A DNA stretch of 64,000 nt from Bradymonadia bacterium (GCA_046290225.1 JBKAGE010000073.1:1-64000); one strand, 5' to 3'. Counted from the stretch's first letter, positions 29,793 through 40,765 are shown. Numbers and translations are program-made. The notes: generated by a model not told the origin, from the letters alone.

Positions 29793-31121
29793 ATGGGTCA
29801 AATGACGAGGCACACACTTCGCCGCCTGATCGTTTTGATCACCTCATGCATCATGATCTCCGGCCATGCGAGCGCTGACGAGGTCGAGAAAGAGTGGGGT
29901 TACAAGCCAGCAAAGCTGAAGCTGAGCGAGGATGGAAAGCAGTTCCTGCGGTTCCTCACGTGGCACCAGGTATGGACGCGTTATCAGGAGTTCAACCCTG
30001 GCACTACGGTGCAAGGCAAAGAGAAGGATGACTTCCTCGACATCGGGCTGCGACGAAGCCGCTTCCTGGCATTTGGTGACGTGGCGCCAGGGTCGACGAT
30101 TCTGATGCATTTCGGCATCAACAACCAGACCTTCAACAATCAGCGCAAGCCTCAGCTGTACATCCACGACGCATGGGTGGACTACCGCGTCGTGCCGGAG
30201 CATTTGCACATCGGTTTCGGACTGCACTACTGGCACGGCATCAGCCGCATGACCAACGCCAGCACCCTCAACCTGCTCACCGTCGACGCCCCGATCCTGA
30301 ACTGGCCCACCATCGAGCGTTCTGATCAGTTTGCTCGTTATCTGGGGGTCTTCTTCAAGGGCAAGCTCGACAAGTTCGAGTATCGACTTGCTGTCAGCAA
30401 GCCGTTCTCGGTGAACACCGACGTGAGCACGCTCCAGCCCGACACAGCGAACTACAACCCGCGGTCCACCGGAGAGCAGGTGGCGGGGTATTTCGAGTAC
30501 CAGTTCTTCGACAAGGAATCGAACAAGCTGCCTTACAAAGTGGGCACTTACCTGGGCAAGAAGAAGGTCTTCAACATTGGCTCAGGGTTCCTCTACCACC
30601 CCAAGGGTATGGTCTCGGTGGACACTGGAGGCGAGCTCGAAGAGCACGACATTCTCGCTGTGGGAGCCGACATGTTCGCCGATATCCCGATGAGCAACGG
30701 CTCGGCCTTCACGGGCTACCTTGTGTACTACCACTACGATTTTGGCCCCAACCATCTGCGCAACGTGGGCATCATGAACGTTGGTGCTGGTGGCACCTCG
30801 TTCAACGGTGCAGGCAACGCGTATCCCACCATCGGTACCGGTGACCACGTCTACGCCCAGGCAGGCTATCTGTTGCCTGTCACCTTCAACGACGGCATTC
30901 AGGTTCAGCCTTTCGTCGCCACCCAGTACTCCATGTTCGAGGCGCTCGATGACCCCGCCATGGTCATCGATGCTGGCATCAACTGGTTCTTCCGCGGCCA
31001 CTTCTCCAAGCTGACCGTCAACTACCGCAGCCGGCCCATCTTCCAGGTCGAGGACAATGGTGAGATCAAGGCCGACAGCCGCGCCTCTGAGCTCATCATG
31101 CAGACTCAGGTCTGGTTCTGA
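29793..31121 (+). CDS. Porin-like outer-membrane protein
   Basis: Signal peptide ASA-D, LRRSRF motif, aromatic beta strands, terminal Phe. Confidence 0.7.
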   Translation: MGQMTRHTLRRLIVLITSCIMISGHASADEVEKEWGYKPAKLKLSEDGKQFLRFLTWHQVWTRYQEFNPGTTVQGKEKDDFLDIGLRRSRFLAFGDVAPGSTILMHFGINNQTFNNQRKPQLYIHDAWVDYRVVPEHLHIGFGLHYWHGISRMTNASTLNLLTVDAPILNWPTIERSDQFARYLGVFFKGKLDKFEYRLAVSKPFSVNTDVSTLQPDTANYNPRSTGEQVAGYFEYQFFDKESNKLPYKVGTYLGKKKVFNIGSGFLYHPKGMVSVDTGGELEEHDILAVGADMFADIPMSNGSAFTGYLVYYHYDFGPNHLRNVGIMNVGAGGTSFNGAGNAYPTIGTGDHVYAQAGYLLPVTFNDGIQVQPFVATQYSMFEALDDPAMVIDAGINWFFRGHFSKLTVNYRSRPIFQVEDNGEIKADSRASELIMQTQVWF

Positions 31122-31527
31122 GGTCCGAGCTGAGCTCAGGGCTGCCACAGTTCGGCCCGCCCATCCTGCCCTTCATATCTCAACCCCAAAGAGCTGATGT
31201 TGTGTGGTGCCATGCCGGATGGCGCTGTGGAAGTCAGGGCATATGCCATTTTGAGGTGTTGATGTACTAAGTTAATTGTTTGCGTGTCTAATGGCTGGGG
31301 TTTATATGTTCGCGGCGCCAGAGATGAGGTGAATCACACTTGTTTGTCGAGTGGTTGGCTGAATCTGTCTGATTTTATAGGCTTTTTTTGGGGGTGGGTT
31401 GTTTGCGTTTTCGGGCGTCAAATAGAGGGGCAGTTCTGCCGATGTGTAGTCATAGGTAAAAGTCCAATTGCGTCGAGACGGGTGGTCGTTGCAGTCACCC
31501 GATCGCGTCAGGGATAGAGGGAAGTCG

Positions 31528-33937
31528 ATGAAACTCAAGATCAGCTTCAAGTTGTTGCTGGCGCTGGTGTTGGTGCAGGGGGTCGTGGCCTTCATTTGCA
31601 CAACGATCATCACCGATGATTTGCAGCAGAACACCGAGAAGGCGTTGGAAGAGTATCGCGCCGAGGAGATGCAGAAGATCCGTCAGCAGCTGAAGGATCA
31701 TGTCGACATCGCCTATACCGTGATCGAGTCCACTCACAAACAGGCCACCGACATCGAGTGGATCAAGAAGCAGTACGGCAAGCGCTTGCAGACGGCCACT
31801 GAGGTGGCCTACAGCGAGATCAAGACTGCCCTGGAGCTCGAAGCTTCAGGTCAGCTGACTCGAGAAGAAGCCCAAGCACGGGCCAAGGATGCTGTACGGG
31901 CGGTGCAGTACGACAACGGCACGGGCTACTTCTGGATCAACGACACGTCTCTGCCCTACCCGAAGATGGTGATGCACCCCAAGGTGCCCAAACTCGACGG
32001 CAAGGTGCTCGATGCCGAGAAGTTCAACTGCGCTCTGGGCAAGAAACAGAACCTCTTCCAGGCCTTCGTCGAGGTGACCAATGCCAGCGAGACCCACGAT
32101 GGCTTCGTGGACTACATGTGGCCCAAGCCGACGAAAGACGGTCTCACCGCTGACCAGCCCAAGCTCTCGTACGTCAAGCAGATCCCCGAGTGGGGCTGGG
32201 TCATCGGCACGGGCATCTACGTGGATGACGCCCTCGCCGACGGCATCCAGCGCATCAAAGATGAAGTGGCCAAGATGCGCTACAGCAATGGCGTAGGTTA
32301 CTTCTGGATCAACGACACCTCTCTGCCCTACCCGAAGATGGTGATGCACCCCACGGTGCCCAAGCTCGACGGCAAGGTGCTCGACGCTGAGAAGTTCAAC
32401 TGCGCTCTGGGCAAGAAACAGAACCTCTTCCAGGCCTTTGTCGAGGTCACGGGAGCCGACGAGGACGGCGAAGGCTTCGTGGACTATCTCTGGCCCAAGC
32501 CCACCAAGGAAGGCCTCACCAAAGAGCAGCCCAAGCTGTCGTACGTGCGGCGGTACGAGCCCCTGGGCTGGATCATCGGTACTGGGGTCTACGTCGACGA
32601 CATCGATGCTGCCGTGGCTGCTCAAACCGAGAAGAAGTCTGGGGAGCTCAATGGCATCGTCGGTGAGATGCTCAATGCGTTCCTCTACACCACCCTCGGG
32701 GCGCTGGTGCTGCTGTGGCTCGCCATGCAGCTGCTCGTGAGCCGGCCCCTCAAGCACCTCTCGCGCTCCATGCGCGACATCGCCGAAGGGGAGGGGGATC
32801 TCACCGTCCGCCTGAACCTGCGTCGAGGCGACGAGATCGGTGACGTGGCCTGCGCCTTTGACACCTTCGTAGGCAAGCTACACAGCATGGTTCAAGAGGT
32901 GACGTCGCTCTCTGGTGACATCTCGAACACCTCCAGCAGGCTGTCCTCGAGCTCGAGCACGCTCAAGCGCGAGGCCCAGGACATGGAGGAGCGCACTGGT
33001 GAGATCAAGACGGTGATGGAGCTGATGATGACCTCGTTGGACGAGACGTCGACCTCGGCGAACGAGATCTCCCATTCAGTGGAGCAAGTGACAGGCTTCA
33101 CCGAGCGCAGCGCCGACGACATGCAGAACATCTCGGTGCGGGCATCGGCGATGTCCGACACGGTGAACGCCATGGCGGTGTCGGTGGAGCAGATGAACGC
33201 GTCGCTCTCGTCAGTGAACCAGAACTGCGCCCGGACGGCCGAGGCGAGCGAGCACGGCGACGAGCAAGCCCGCACGGCTCAGGCGAGCATGGAGCATCTG
33301 ACCACGGCGGCCATGAAGATCGGCGAGGTGGTGGGTCTCATCGAGGCCATCGCCGGGAAGACGAACTTGCTGGCTCTGAACGCCACCATCGAGGCCGCCC
33401 GGGCCGGCGAGGCGGGCAAGGGCTTCGCCGTCGTCGCCGACGAGGTGAAGAGCCTGGCCAGCCAGACTGCAGAGGCCACCGAGCACATCACCCGCGAGGT
33501 GAACGGCATGCAGGGCAACGTGCAGAACACGGCGACGGGCCTCTCGGATCTGGTGAGTCAGATCGGCAACGTGAGAGATCTGTCCTCGCAGATCTCCGTG
33601 GAGACCCGCGAGCAGGCGCAGACGCTGAGCAGCGTGCTCCACAACATCCAGTCGGGTGTGTCGGCCTCGAACGAGATCAGCGGTACGGTGAAGACTGTGG
33701 CGGAGCAGGTGACCGAGCTGGCCCGCTCTGCCCGAGGTATGTCCGACAAGGTGAAATCCATCGCCGAGGTGACGGTCTTCACTACGGAATCTGTGGGTGA
33801 AGTGAACGAGCGGATCCTCGTGGTGGACCGCGGTCCACCAGACCAACACCGAGGTCGAGATGGTGAACAATGAGGCGCAGGCCCTTGAGGCGCGCGCTCA
33901 GCGTCTCGCGGAGCTCATGAGTCAGTTTCAGGTTTGA
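31528..33937 (+). CDS. Methyl-accepting chemotaxis protein with two sCache_2 domains and HAMP; frameshift near 33830
   Basis: Two YFWIND...MVMHP...YxWPKP units, then IAxKTNLLALNATIEAARAGEAGKGFAVVADEVK. The typical MCP tail (...AQRLAELMSQFQV*) lies in the +1 frame, ending at 33937. The assembled ORF stops at 33873. Confidence 0.88.
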
Positions 33938-34991
33938 GCGACTCGCCGATCTGCAAGATGCCCAGACGCTCTGCCCGCTGACGCCAGCGCTCCCGAGCGA
34001 GGGCTTGCATATCCTGCACGTTGTCGACCTCGTCGACGATCTCCATGCCCAGCAGTGTCTCCACGAGATCTTCGAGGGTGATGATGCCCTCGACCCCCCC
34101 GTACTGATCAACGGCGACGGCCACCTGCTCTCTGATTTTGAGCAGGTGCTGGAAGACATCCCACAGGCGGGCGTCTTCGTCGACGAGATGAATCGAACGC
34201 TTCAATTCAGTGACGGCGGTATCGTGTTCGTCTTTGGCTGCGGCGAGCAGCAAATCGGTCTTGAGCACATAGCCCTGAATGTCGTCAGGTCGATCGCCGA
34301 GGATGGGCAAACGGGTGAACCGCAAATCGGGATGCTCGGTGAGGATCTCGCCGACGCTCTGTGAGGCGCGGACGCTGATCATGACGGTGCGAGGGGTCAT
34401 GGCGTCCCTGACCTTGAGGGTACCGAACTTGAGCAGGTTCTTGAGGGTCTTGGACTCGGCCTCGTCGATCAGGCCCTGCTGACGCCCCACATCGGCAAGG
34501 GCTTCGAACTCTTCCCGGCTCATGTGCCCGTGACCTTCGCCCTTGGCGATGGCCTTGGTGATGATCTCGGACATCTTCACCAGGGGCCACGTGATCCAGA
34601 TGACACCGGCGAGCATGGGGGCGATCTTGGGGGCGAGCCCTCGCCAGTACACAGCGCCGATGGTTTTGGGGATGATCTCGGAGACGACGAGGATCAACAA
34701 GGTGAGCACGGCGGAGGACACCGCGATCCAGGTCTCTCCAAAGACGACCTGGGCCTGGGCGCCGGCCCCTGCTGCACCCACGGTGTGGGCCACGGTGTTG
34801 AGGCTGAGGATGGCGGCGAGGGGCCGATCGACGTCGGTCTTGAAGGCCTTGAGCCGTGGAGCCGCGGGGTTGTTCTCACCTTCGAGGGCAGTGATGTACG
34901 GCCCCGTGAGGCTGAGCAGCACGGCTTCCATCACCGAGCACATGAACGAGACGCCCAAGGCCAGCATTACGTAGAAAATCAGCAGGCCCAA
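33915..34991 (-). CDS. CNNM/hemolysin-family (DUF21-CBS) protein
   Basis: SFMCSVMEA, SEIIPKT, MTPR and VDQYGGVEGIITLED. Confidence 0.9.
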   Translation of the reverse strand: MGLLIFYVMLALGVSFMCSVMEAVLLSLTGPYITALEGENNPAAPRLKAFKTDVDRPLAAILSLNTVAHTVGAAGAGAQAQVVFGETWIAVSSAVLTLLILVVSEIIPKTIGAVYWRGLAPKIAPMLAGVIWITWPLVKMSEIITKAIAKGEGHGHMSREEFEALADVGRQQGLIDEAESKTLKNLLKFGTLKVRDAMTPRTVMISVRASQSVGEILTEHPDLRFTRLPILGDRPDDIQGYVLKTDLLLAAAKDEHDTAVTELKRSIHLVDEDARLWDVFQHLLKIREQVAVAVDQYGGVEGIITLEDLVETLLGMEIVDEVDNVQDMQALARERWRQRAERLGILQIGESLKPETDS

Positions 34992-35003
34992 TGGGGCGCC
35001 TCC

Positions 35004-35651
35004 TCAGTCGTTTCGTTCGATGTTTGAGGCCGGCAGTATACCTGACCCTTGGGGGATGATCGCCCTCTCCTGCAGCAAGGCCAGGGCTTTCTCCACGGCA
35101 TCAGCAACGCTCACATGGCCCATGTCGATGACCAGGTCGGCATCGGTGGGTGCCTCATAGGGGGCGCTGATGCCGGTAAATCGTTGGAGTTCGCCGGCCC
35201 GAGCCTTGCGGTACAGCCCCTTGGGATCGCGGGCTTCGCATACGTCGAGTGTGGTGCTGACATAGATCTCGGCGAAGCGTGCGTTGAGAGGTGGGGCGTC
35301 GAAGAGCGCCCTCACTGCAGCTCGATCTCGTGCGTAAGGTGAGATGAACGAGCCGATGGAGACGAGACCCGACTGGGCCATGAGAGCCATCACGTGGCCG
35401 GCCCTGCGAATGTTCTCCTGACGATCTTCGGGGGTGAAGCCGAGATCTCCGCACAGACCATAGCGCAGATTGTCGCCGTCGAGCACGAAGGCTGGCCGGC
35501 CACTGTGTACGAGCCGGCGTTCAAGGGCCATGGCCAGGGTGCTCTTGCCCGAGGCGGAGAGGCCGGTGATCCACAGGCCGCCCCCATTTTGCTGCACGAG
35601 CTGTTGCCGTGCCTCAGGCGAGACTTTCGATGTGTGTCGGGTGATGGTCAT
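35004..35651 (-). CDS. cysC: Adenylyl-sulfate kinase
   Basis: WITGLSASGKST, LDGDNLR, RDPKGLY and FTGISAPYE. Confidence 0.93.
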   Translation of the reverse strand: MTITRHTSKVSPEARQQLVQQNGGGLWITGLSASGKSTLAMALERRLVHSGRPAFVLDGDNLRYGLCGDLGFTPEDRQENIRRAGHVMALMAQSGLVSIGSFISPYARDRAAVRALFDAPPLNARFAEIYVSTTLDVCEARDPKGLYRKARAGELQRFTGISAPYEAPTDADLVIDMGHVSVADAVEKALALLQERAIIPQGSGILPASNIERND

Positions 35652-36961
35652 GTGCCGCTGATTTGACGCCAGATGTCGTGGGCTCGATCGAGGAATGGGG
35701 TGTCGTCTGCTTGTGGATCACCGTGGAGTACGGCTCTGAAGCTGGCCATGAAGGGATGCTTCTGGCCATGAGCCCGGCGAATGTAGTCTACCAGGGCAGA
35801 CCACACCCCTGCCTGGTCAGCTTTCAGATAGCACCGCCGCGCGTCGCGCAGATGATCGACGGCGGCGTCGTACCAGGCGCTTCGATCGGCGTCGAGTATC
35901 CGCAACGCCAGGGCGCGATAGATGAGGGCTGCTGCAGAGGGGTGCTCGGGGCTCAGGGCCACTGCGACGGGCTCGGTGACGTGGTGGCTGAGCCGCGCGA
36001 TGACGTCGGGCCCGGCCTCGACGACGGCTGCGGCGAGGGCGTCGAGGGCTTCAGCATGCAAGCCAATCTCGATGAAGACGCCCAGATCGTCTCGGCGGGC
36101 TCGGGTGAGCGCTCGACGTCGCCATCGCCGTCGCTCTTCCACGGGCAAGCTGCTCATGAGGGCGACATAGAGGTCAAGGGTGGGTTGATGATCGTAGTCG
36201 CCCCAGATGATGTCGACGGCTTCAGACCACCGACCCAGGTCGATCAACGTGACGCGTTGCAGCGTCTTGAGCACACCGTGAGTGGGGCTCGAAGCGCTCA
36301 GGGTCTGCTGAGCAAGTGCGAGGCCCTCATCGACCCACTGAAGCGCCACACGCAAATCACCACCCTCTCGGTGCAAGCGGGCGAGGTGGGCGCAGTCGTC
36401 GCTGGTGATGCCCAGGCGCCGCGCGAGGGCGGCGTAGGCCAGGGCGTCGCCCCGACGCAGGTGGATCAGGAGCAGGGTCTCGGCAGCAGCCCAGTGCGGT
36501 CCGATGCGCAAAGGCCGCGGCGTGCCCTCGACGATGGGGGGCGCGATGGCAAGCTGTTGATGCATGCGCTGTTGCAAAGCGTCGAGGCCGGCCTCGTCGA
36601 AGGCAGGCAGCAAGTGCCGTGTGAGTTGCAACGTGAAGTCAGCGATGGGGCCACTCTGCCACCGGCCGATGATGGCGAGGGTGTCTTCCGCCAGCGCCCC
36701 AAGCCGCTGTCGAGCATAGAGCCACTGCTCGAACAACCCGAGCAAACCGTCTATGTGCTGGGCGCCAGTGTCTGGTCGAGCCTGCACCTGCAGCGCCACG
36801 GCGCCAATGGCGGTCTCGTAGGTCTGTTGCGCGGTCTGATCACCGACATGCTCAGGCAGGGCGCTCAGTTGCTCGAGGAGCTCGGGCCACGCCAGAGGCG
36901 CGTCGCCTTGAAGCTGCCCCTGCAGGGCACGGAGCAGGGCGCTCGGTGAGGTGTGCATCAT
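35648..36961 (-). CDS. Alpha-helical hypothetical protein (resembles the C-terminal part of SWIM-associated/DUF6880-like proteins)
   Basis: Helical repeats and a C-terminal YDAAVDHL...IRRAHGQK motif. ATGA overlap with cysC. Confidence 0.55.
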   Translation of the reverse strand: MMHTSPSALLRALQGQLQGDAPLAWPELLEQLSALPEHVGDQTAQQTYETAIGAVALQVQARPDTGAQHIDGLLGLFEQWLYARQRLGALAEDTLAIIGRWQSGPIADFTLQLTRHLLPAFDEAGLDALQQRMHQQLAIAPPIVEGTPRPLRIGPHWAAAETLLLIHLRRGDALAYAALARRLGITSDDCAHLARLHREGGDLRVALQWVDEGLALAQQTLSASSPTHGVLKTLQRVTLIDLGRWSEAVDIIWGDYDHQPTLDLYVALMSSLPVEERRRWRRRALTRARRDDLGVFIEIGLHAEALDALAAAVVEAGPDVIARLSHHVTEPVAVALSPEHPSAAALIYRALALRILDADRSAWYDAAVDHLRDARRCYLKADQAGVWSALVDYIRRAHGQKHPFMASFRAVLHGDPQADDTPFLDRAHDIWRQISGT

Positions 36962-37070
36962 GTGGGGACCCTACCACTGCCCTGCATATGTTAGAAGCTC
37001 GGCCCATCAGCGGTACCGCAGGCCCCGAACCCTGCGTTTAAACGAGGCCCGCTGGGAAGATCGGAGCACG

Positions 37071-37802
37071 ATGAGCCTTCCTGTCGATCTGTGGGTGCTG
37101 GCCCTGGGCTTTGTCTGGACGATCTTCGCGTCTGCGGTGCAGGGCACGATCGGCTTTGGGTTCGCGGTGGTCTCGGTGCCCGTGCTGTCTCTGGTCGATC
37201 CGTCGCTGGCCCCGGTGCCTCAGCTGCTGGTGACGATGCCTCTTGCGCTGTCGATGGTCTGGCGCGAGCGACACGCCATCGAGCTGTCGGGGGTGGGCTG
37301 GCTGCTGGCGGGGCGAATCCCCGGTGCCCTTGTGGGCCTGGCATTGCTGAAGCTTGCCAACGCTCGCACCCTCGACGTGTTGATCGCGCTGGTGGTGATG
37401 TCGGCGGTGGTGGTGATGTCCACGGGCCGAGGGATCCCCCGCAACCGCGTCACGGAGTTTCTCACGGGGGTGACGTCGGGGGCGATGGCCCTGGTGTCTA
37501 GCATCGGCGGTCCACCCATCGCGCTGTTGTACCGCAACGCACCGGGGGCGACGCTCCGTTCGAGCCTGGCGGCGGTGTTCTCGGTGGGGGTTCTCATCAC
37601 CCTGGTGACCCGGGGGGCGGCAGGAGAAATTTCACGCTCTGATCTGGTGCTGGGTGCGTGTTTGCTGCCGGCGATGTTTCTCGGGTTGAAGGTGAGCAAC
37701 AGCTTGAAGGGGCGAGTGGAAGGGACGCCTCTTCGGATTGGGATCCTCGTGGTGGCGTCGCTGGCGGCTCTGGGATTGCTGGTGCGGGCGCTCACTGCTT
37801 GA
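37071..37802 (+). CDS. Sulfite exporter TauE/SafE family
   Basis: QGTIGFGF and IGGPP motifs, about 8 TM helices. Confidence 0.85.
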   Translation: MSLPVDLWVLALGFVWTIFASAVQGTIGFGFAVVSVPVLSLVDPSLAPVPQLLVTMPLALSMVWRERHAIELSGVGWLLAGRIPGALVGLALLKLANARTLDVLIALVVMSAVVVMSTGRGIPRNRVTEFLTGVTSGAMALVSSIGGPPIALLYRNAPGATLRSSLAAVFSVGVLITLVTRGAAGEISRSDLVLGACLLPAMFLGLKVSNSLKGRVEGTPLRIGILVVASLAALGLLVRALTA

Positions 37803-37885
37803 GCGGTTGCTGGCGCTTCAGCTGTTGCAGTGGTGACCCCGCTTTAGAGAGGTTGTGCTCCAACTGGGAGGTGGTGGTCTCGCTT

Positions 37886-38213
37886 CGCTCGCAGAGAGAG
37901 TTTTTCGGGCACGGGCACGGGCACGGGCACGGGCACGAGTTGATTCGGGTGTTGACCCGTAGCCCTGCATGGCTCCGCTCGTGGGTGTGTGATGGTGGAG
38001 GCTCTAATCAGCCCCATATGTCTCTCATTGGAGGTTCTGGCCTTCATACACCCCAAGACCTGAATTCTCAGGCCGCTCTGAAGCGCATCAACTCAACCTC
38101 AATGATAACCGTCGTTTTGAGTCCTGGGTTGGCCACGGGTCCAAGGCTGAATCAACTCGTGCCCGTGCCCGTGCCCGTGCCCGTGCCCGTGCCCGAAAAC
38201 TGACCTGCGAGCG
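37886..38213. repeat. Non-coding element bounded by ~80-bp imperfect inverted repeats containing (GGGCAC)5 / (GTGCCC)6
   Basis: Left arm cgctcgcag...ttttc(gggcac)5gagttgattc...gacccgt, mirrored at ~38133-38213. Confidence 0.85.
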
Positions 38214-38239
38214 CCAGCGAGTCATGCGAGCCCAAAACT

Positions 38240-40765
38240 CTACCGCCCCCATCGCACATTATGCTCAGCCTGCGGATCGAGAATCAGTGACTTCCGGCGT
38301 CGGGCGCCCTCAGGCCGATGGAATGGCGCTGTGCGTCCGTTCCGGAACAGCTTCTCCGCTTCGGCTTCGGGGATCTCCACCCCCTCGTGCACAAACCAGA
38401 CGACGAAGCGACAGCCCTGCCGCCACTGATCACAACCCCAGCCTCGTTGTCCTTTGATGATCTCACCTTGCTGGCAAGATGGGCACTGAATCGGCCCTGT
38501 GGGCTTCGCTGCCCGGGCCTTCTTCTTTGCTGGTTTTGTCGATGTCATGGGCTGCCCTGGAGGCGGCACCATGCCGGCGCTGGCCATCGCGGCGGTGTGG
38601 TTGGGTGCACCGCGGTTGGGCGTACTGCGCCCTGTGCTGTGACGCTGGCCGCGGCGGCTGTCGGCCCGTTGAGCGGCTGCGCGCTGGGGTCGCTGACCCT
38701 TCTTGCCACGGCCGCCTTCGGGCCGTGGGGGCCGACCTCGGCGGCCTTCTCGGATGACCTCGGGGGGCAGTTTGATCGGCGGCGCCGCCAGGGTGGCGCC
38801 GATGAGATCGCTCACGAAGGTGCGGATGTCTTTACGGAAGGGGGTAGGGGGCTCTCGACCTTCGGCGATGGCCTTGAGCTGGGTCTCCCATTGAGCAGTG
38901 AGTTGAGGGCTCTTGAGGGCCTCGAAGGGGACCGCCTCGACGAGGGCCCGGCCTGCGGGCTCGGGCACCAGAACTTTGCCCTGGCGGCGCATATAGTGAC
39001 GCCTGAGCAGGGTCTCGATGATGGCTGCTCGGGTTGCTGGGGTGCCCAGGCCGCACTCCCTGAGCGCTGCCCGGAGATGGGCTTCTTCGAGAGAGCGGCC
39101 GGCGCGCTCCATGGAGCCGAGCAAGCTCGCCTCGGTGTATCGGGGGGGTGGCCGGGTCTCTTTCTCGTCATGGTGGGCTTCGAGAGTCTTGCAGGCGTCG
39201 CCATTCTGCACTGCTGGCAGAATGATGTCGTCGGGCTCCCCCGCCTTTGAGCCCTTGCCTTTGCCGGAGGCCTTGGCTGAAGCCTTGGCAGAACTGGCGC
39301 TGCCTGTTTTGCGCTTGCTCGGGGGTGGGTTGATGGCCTCGAAGCCTGCCTGCAACCGGACCTTGCCCTCGGCTTCGAGCCGGTGCCCGTTCACATGGGC
39401 CTCGATGGTGGTGCGGGCGTATATGGCAGGTGGGGAGAGGGCGCCGAGGAACTGCCGCACCACGAGATCGTAGACCCGGAGCTCATCTCTGCTGAGGGCC
39501 CTCGGGTTGGGGGTGACCGTGGTGGGCAGGATCGCAGGGTGATCGCCCACCTGGCTGTCGTCGACATATCGACGCCCGAGGGCAGGCCACCCTGCGGTGA
39601 GCAGATCCTGGGCGTAGGTGGTGAGTGGGCCTGTGCCCGACACGCCGGCGAGGGCCTTCACCACACCTGGGATGCCCGCGGCGTCGCTTCGGGTGATGTG
39701 CCGGGCGTCGGTCCGCGGGTAGGTGATGAGCTTGTGCTTCTCGTAGAGCGCCTGCGCGGCCTTGAGCGTCTGATCAGCGGTGAGGCCGTAGCGGCGGTTG
39801 GCGAGCTGCTGCAGGCTGGTGAGATGGTGAAACTGGGGTGGCCTGATCTCCTGTTTGCGCTGATCGACCTTCACCACCTCGCCCTGCTGTTCGAGCAGCT
39901 CGGCGACGATTTGGTCCGCCTCGGCTTTCTTCCAGATACGGCCCTTTGGAGGCGGCTTGCCCTTCGAGCCCTTCGCCGAGCCGGTGGGTGGCGCCTTCGA
40001 CGAAGAGCCCTCTACGCGCTTCTCGCCCACGCGGCCAATCCATTGGGCCTTCCAGTCTCCGATGCGCTCTGGTGCCGAGTCGGCGCCCTTGAGCCGGGTC
40101 GCTTCGAGCTGGGCGTAGACTTCCCAGTAGGCCTCAGGAGTGAAGGCTTCGATCTCAAGCTCGCGGTGCACCACCATGGCCAGGGTGGGGGTCTGCACTC
40201 GACCCACGGACATCAGGGTGCCTGCCCGTGAGGTGAGCCCCCGAGTGGCGTTCATGCCCACGAGCCAGTCCGCCTCGGCACGGCACCGGGCAGCGGCGCC
40301 GAGGGCATCGTAATCACTGCCGGGCTTGAGGGCGGCGAGGCCCGCTTTGATGGCCCCTGGTGTCAGCGAAGAGACCCAGAAGCGCTGAACGGGTTTGTCA
40401 CAGCGGGCATATTCGTACACATAACGAAAGATCAGCTCACCCTCGCGGCCGGCGTCACAGGCGTTGATGATCTCACCGACGTTGCGGTGGTTCATCAGCT
40501 TGCATAGGGCGTCGAGGTGACTCTTGGTGCGCTTTTGGGCTTTGAGATGCAGCCGGCGGGGCAACATGGGCAGCAGGGATGGGTCCCAGCGTTTCCATTG
40601 GGGATTGTGCTCGTCGGGGGCTGCGGGCTCTACAAGGTGGCCAATGCACCAGGCCACCCACACCCCGTTGCCCTCGATGTACCCCTTTCGCTGAGTCTTT
40701 GCCCCCACTGCCCGAGCGATGTCTCGAGCCACAGAAGGCTTCTCGGCGATGAAGAGGCGGATCAT
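38240..40765 (-). CDS. topB: DNA topoisomerase III
   Basis: IAEKPSVA, DAGREGELIF, SVGRVQTPT, ITYPRTD, GLGTPATRA and a C-terminal Zn-ribbon. Confidence 0.93.
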   Translation of the reverse strand: MIRLFIAEKPSVARDIARAVGAKTQRKGYIEGNGVWVAWCIGHLVEPAAPDEHNPQWKRWDPSLLPMLPRRLHLKAQKRTKSHLDALCKLMNHRNVGEIINACDAGREGELIFRYVYEYARCDKPVQRFWVSSLTPGAIKAGLAALKPGSDYDALGAAARCRAEADWLVGMNATRGLTSRAGTLMSVGRVQTPTLAMVVHRELEIEAFTPEAYWEVYAQLEATRLKGADSAPERIGDWKAQWIGRVGEKRVEGSSSKAPPTGSAKGSKGKPPPKGRIWKKAEADQIVAELLEQQGEVVKVDQRKQEIRPPQFHHLTSLQQLANRRYGLTADQTLKAAQALYEKHKLITYPRTDARHITRSDAAGIPGVVKALAGVSGTGPLTTYAQDLLTAGWPALGRRYVDDSQVGDHPAILPTTVTPNPRALSRDELRVYDLVVRQFLGALSPPAIYARTTIEAHVNGHRLEAEGKVRLQAGFEAINPPPSKRKTGSASSAKASAKASGKGKGSKAGEPDDIILPAVQNGDACKTLEAHHDEKETRPPPRYTEASLLGSMERAGRSLEEAHLRAALRECGLGTPATRAAIIETLLRRHYMRRQGKVLVPEPAGRALVEAVPFEALKSPQLTAQWETQLKAIAEGREPPTPFRKDIRTFVSDLIGATLAAPPIKLPPEVIREGRRGRPPRPEGGRGKKGQRPQRAAAQRADSRRGQRHSTGRSTPNRGAPNHTAAMASAGMVPPPGQPMTSTKPAKKKARAAKPTGPIQCPSCQQGEIIKGQRGWGCDQWRQGCRFVVWFVHEGVEIPEAEAEKLFRNGRTAPFHRPEGARRRKSLILDPQAEHNVRWGR

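Noticed and set aside
37658..38203. ORFs containing HGHGHG / VPVPVP runs
   Set aside because: These are translations of the non-coding hexamer inverted repeats.
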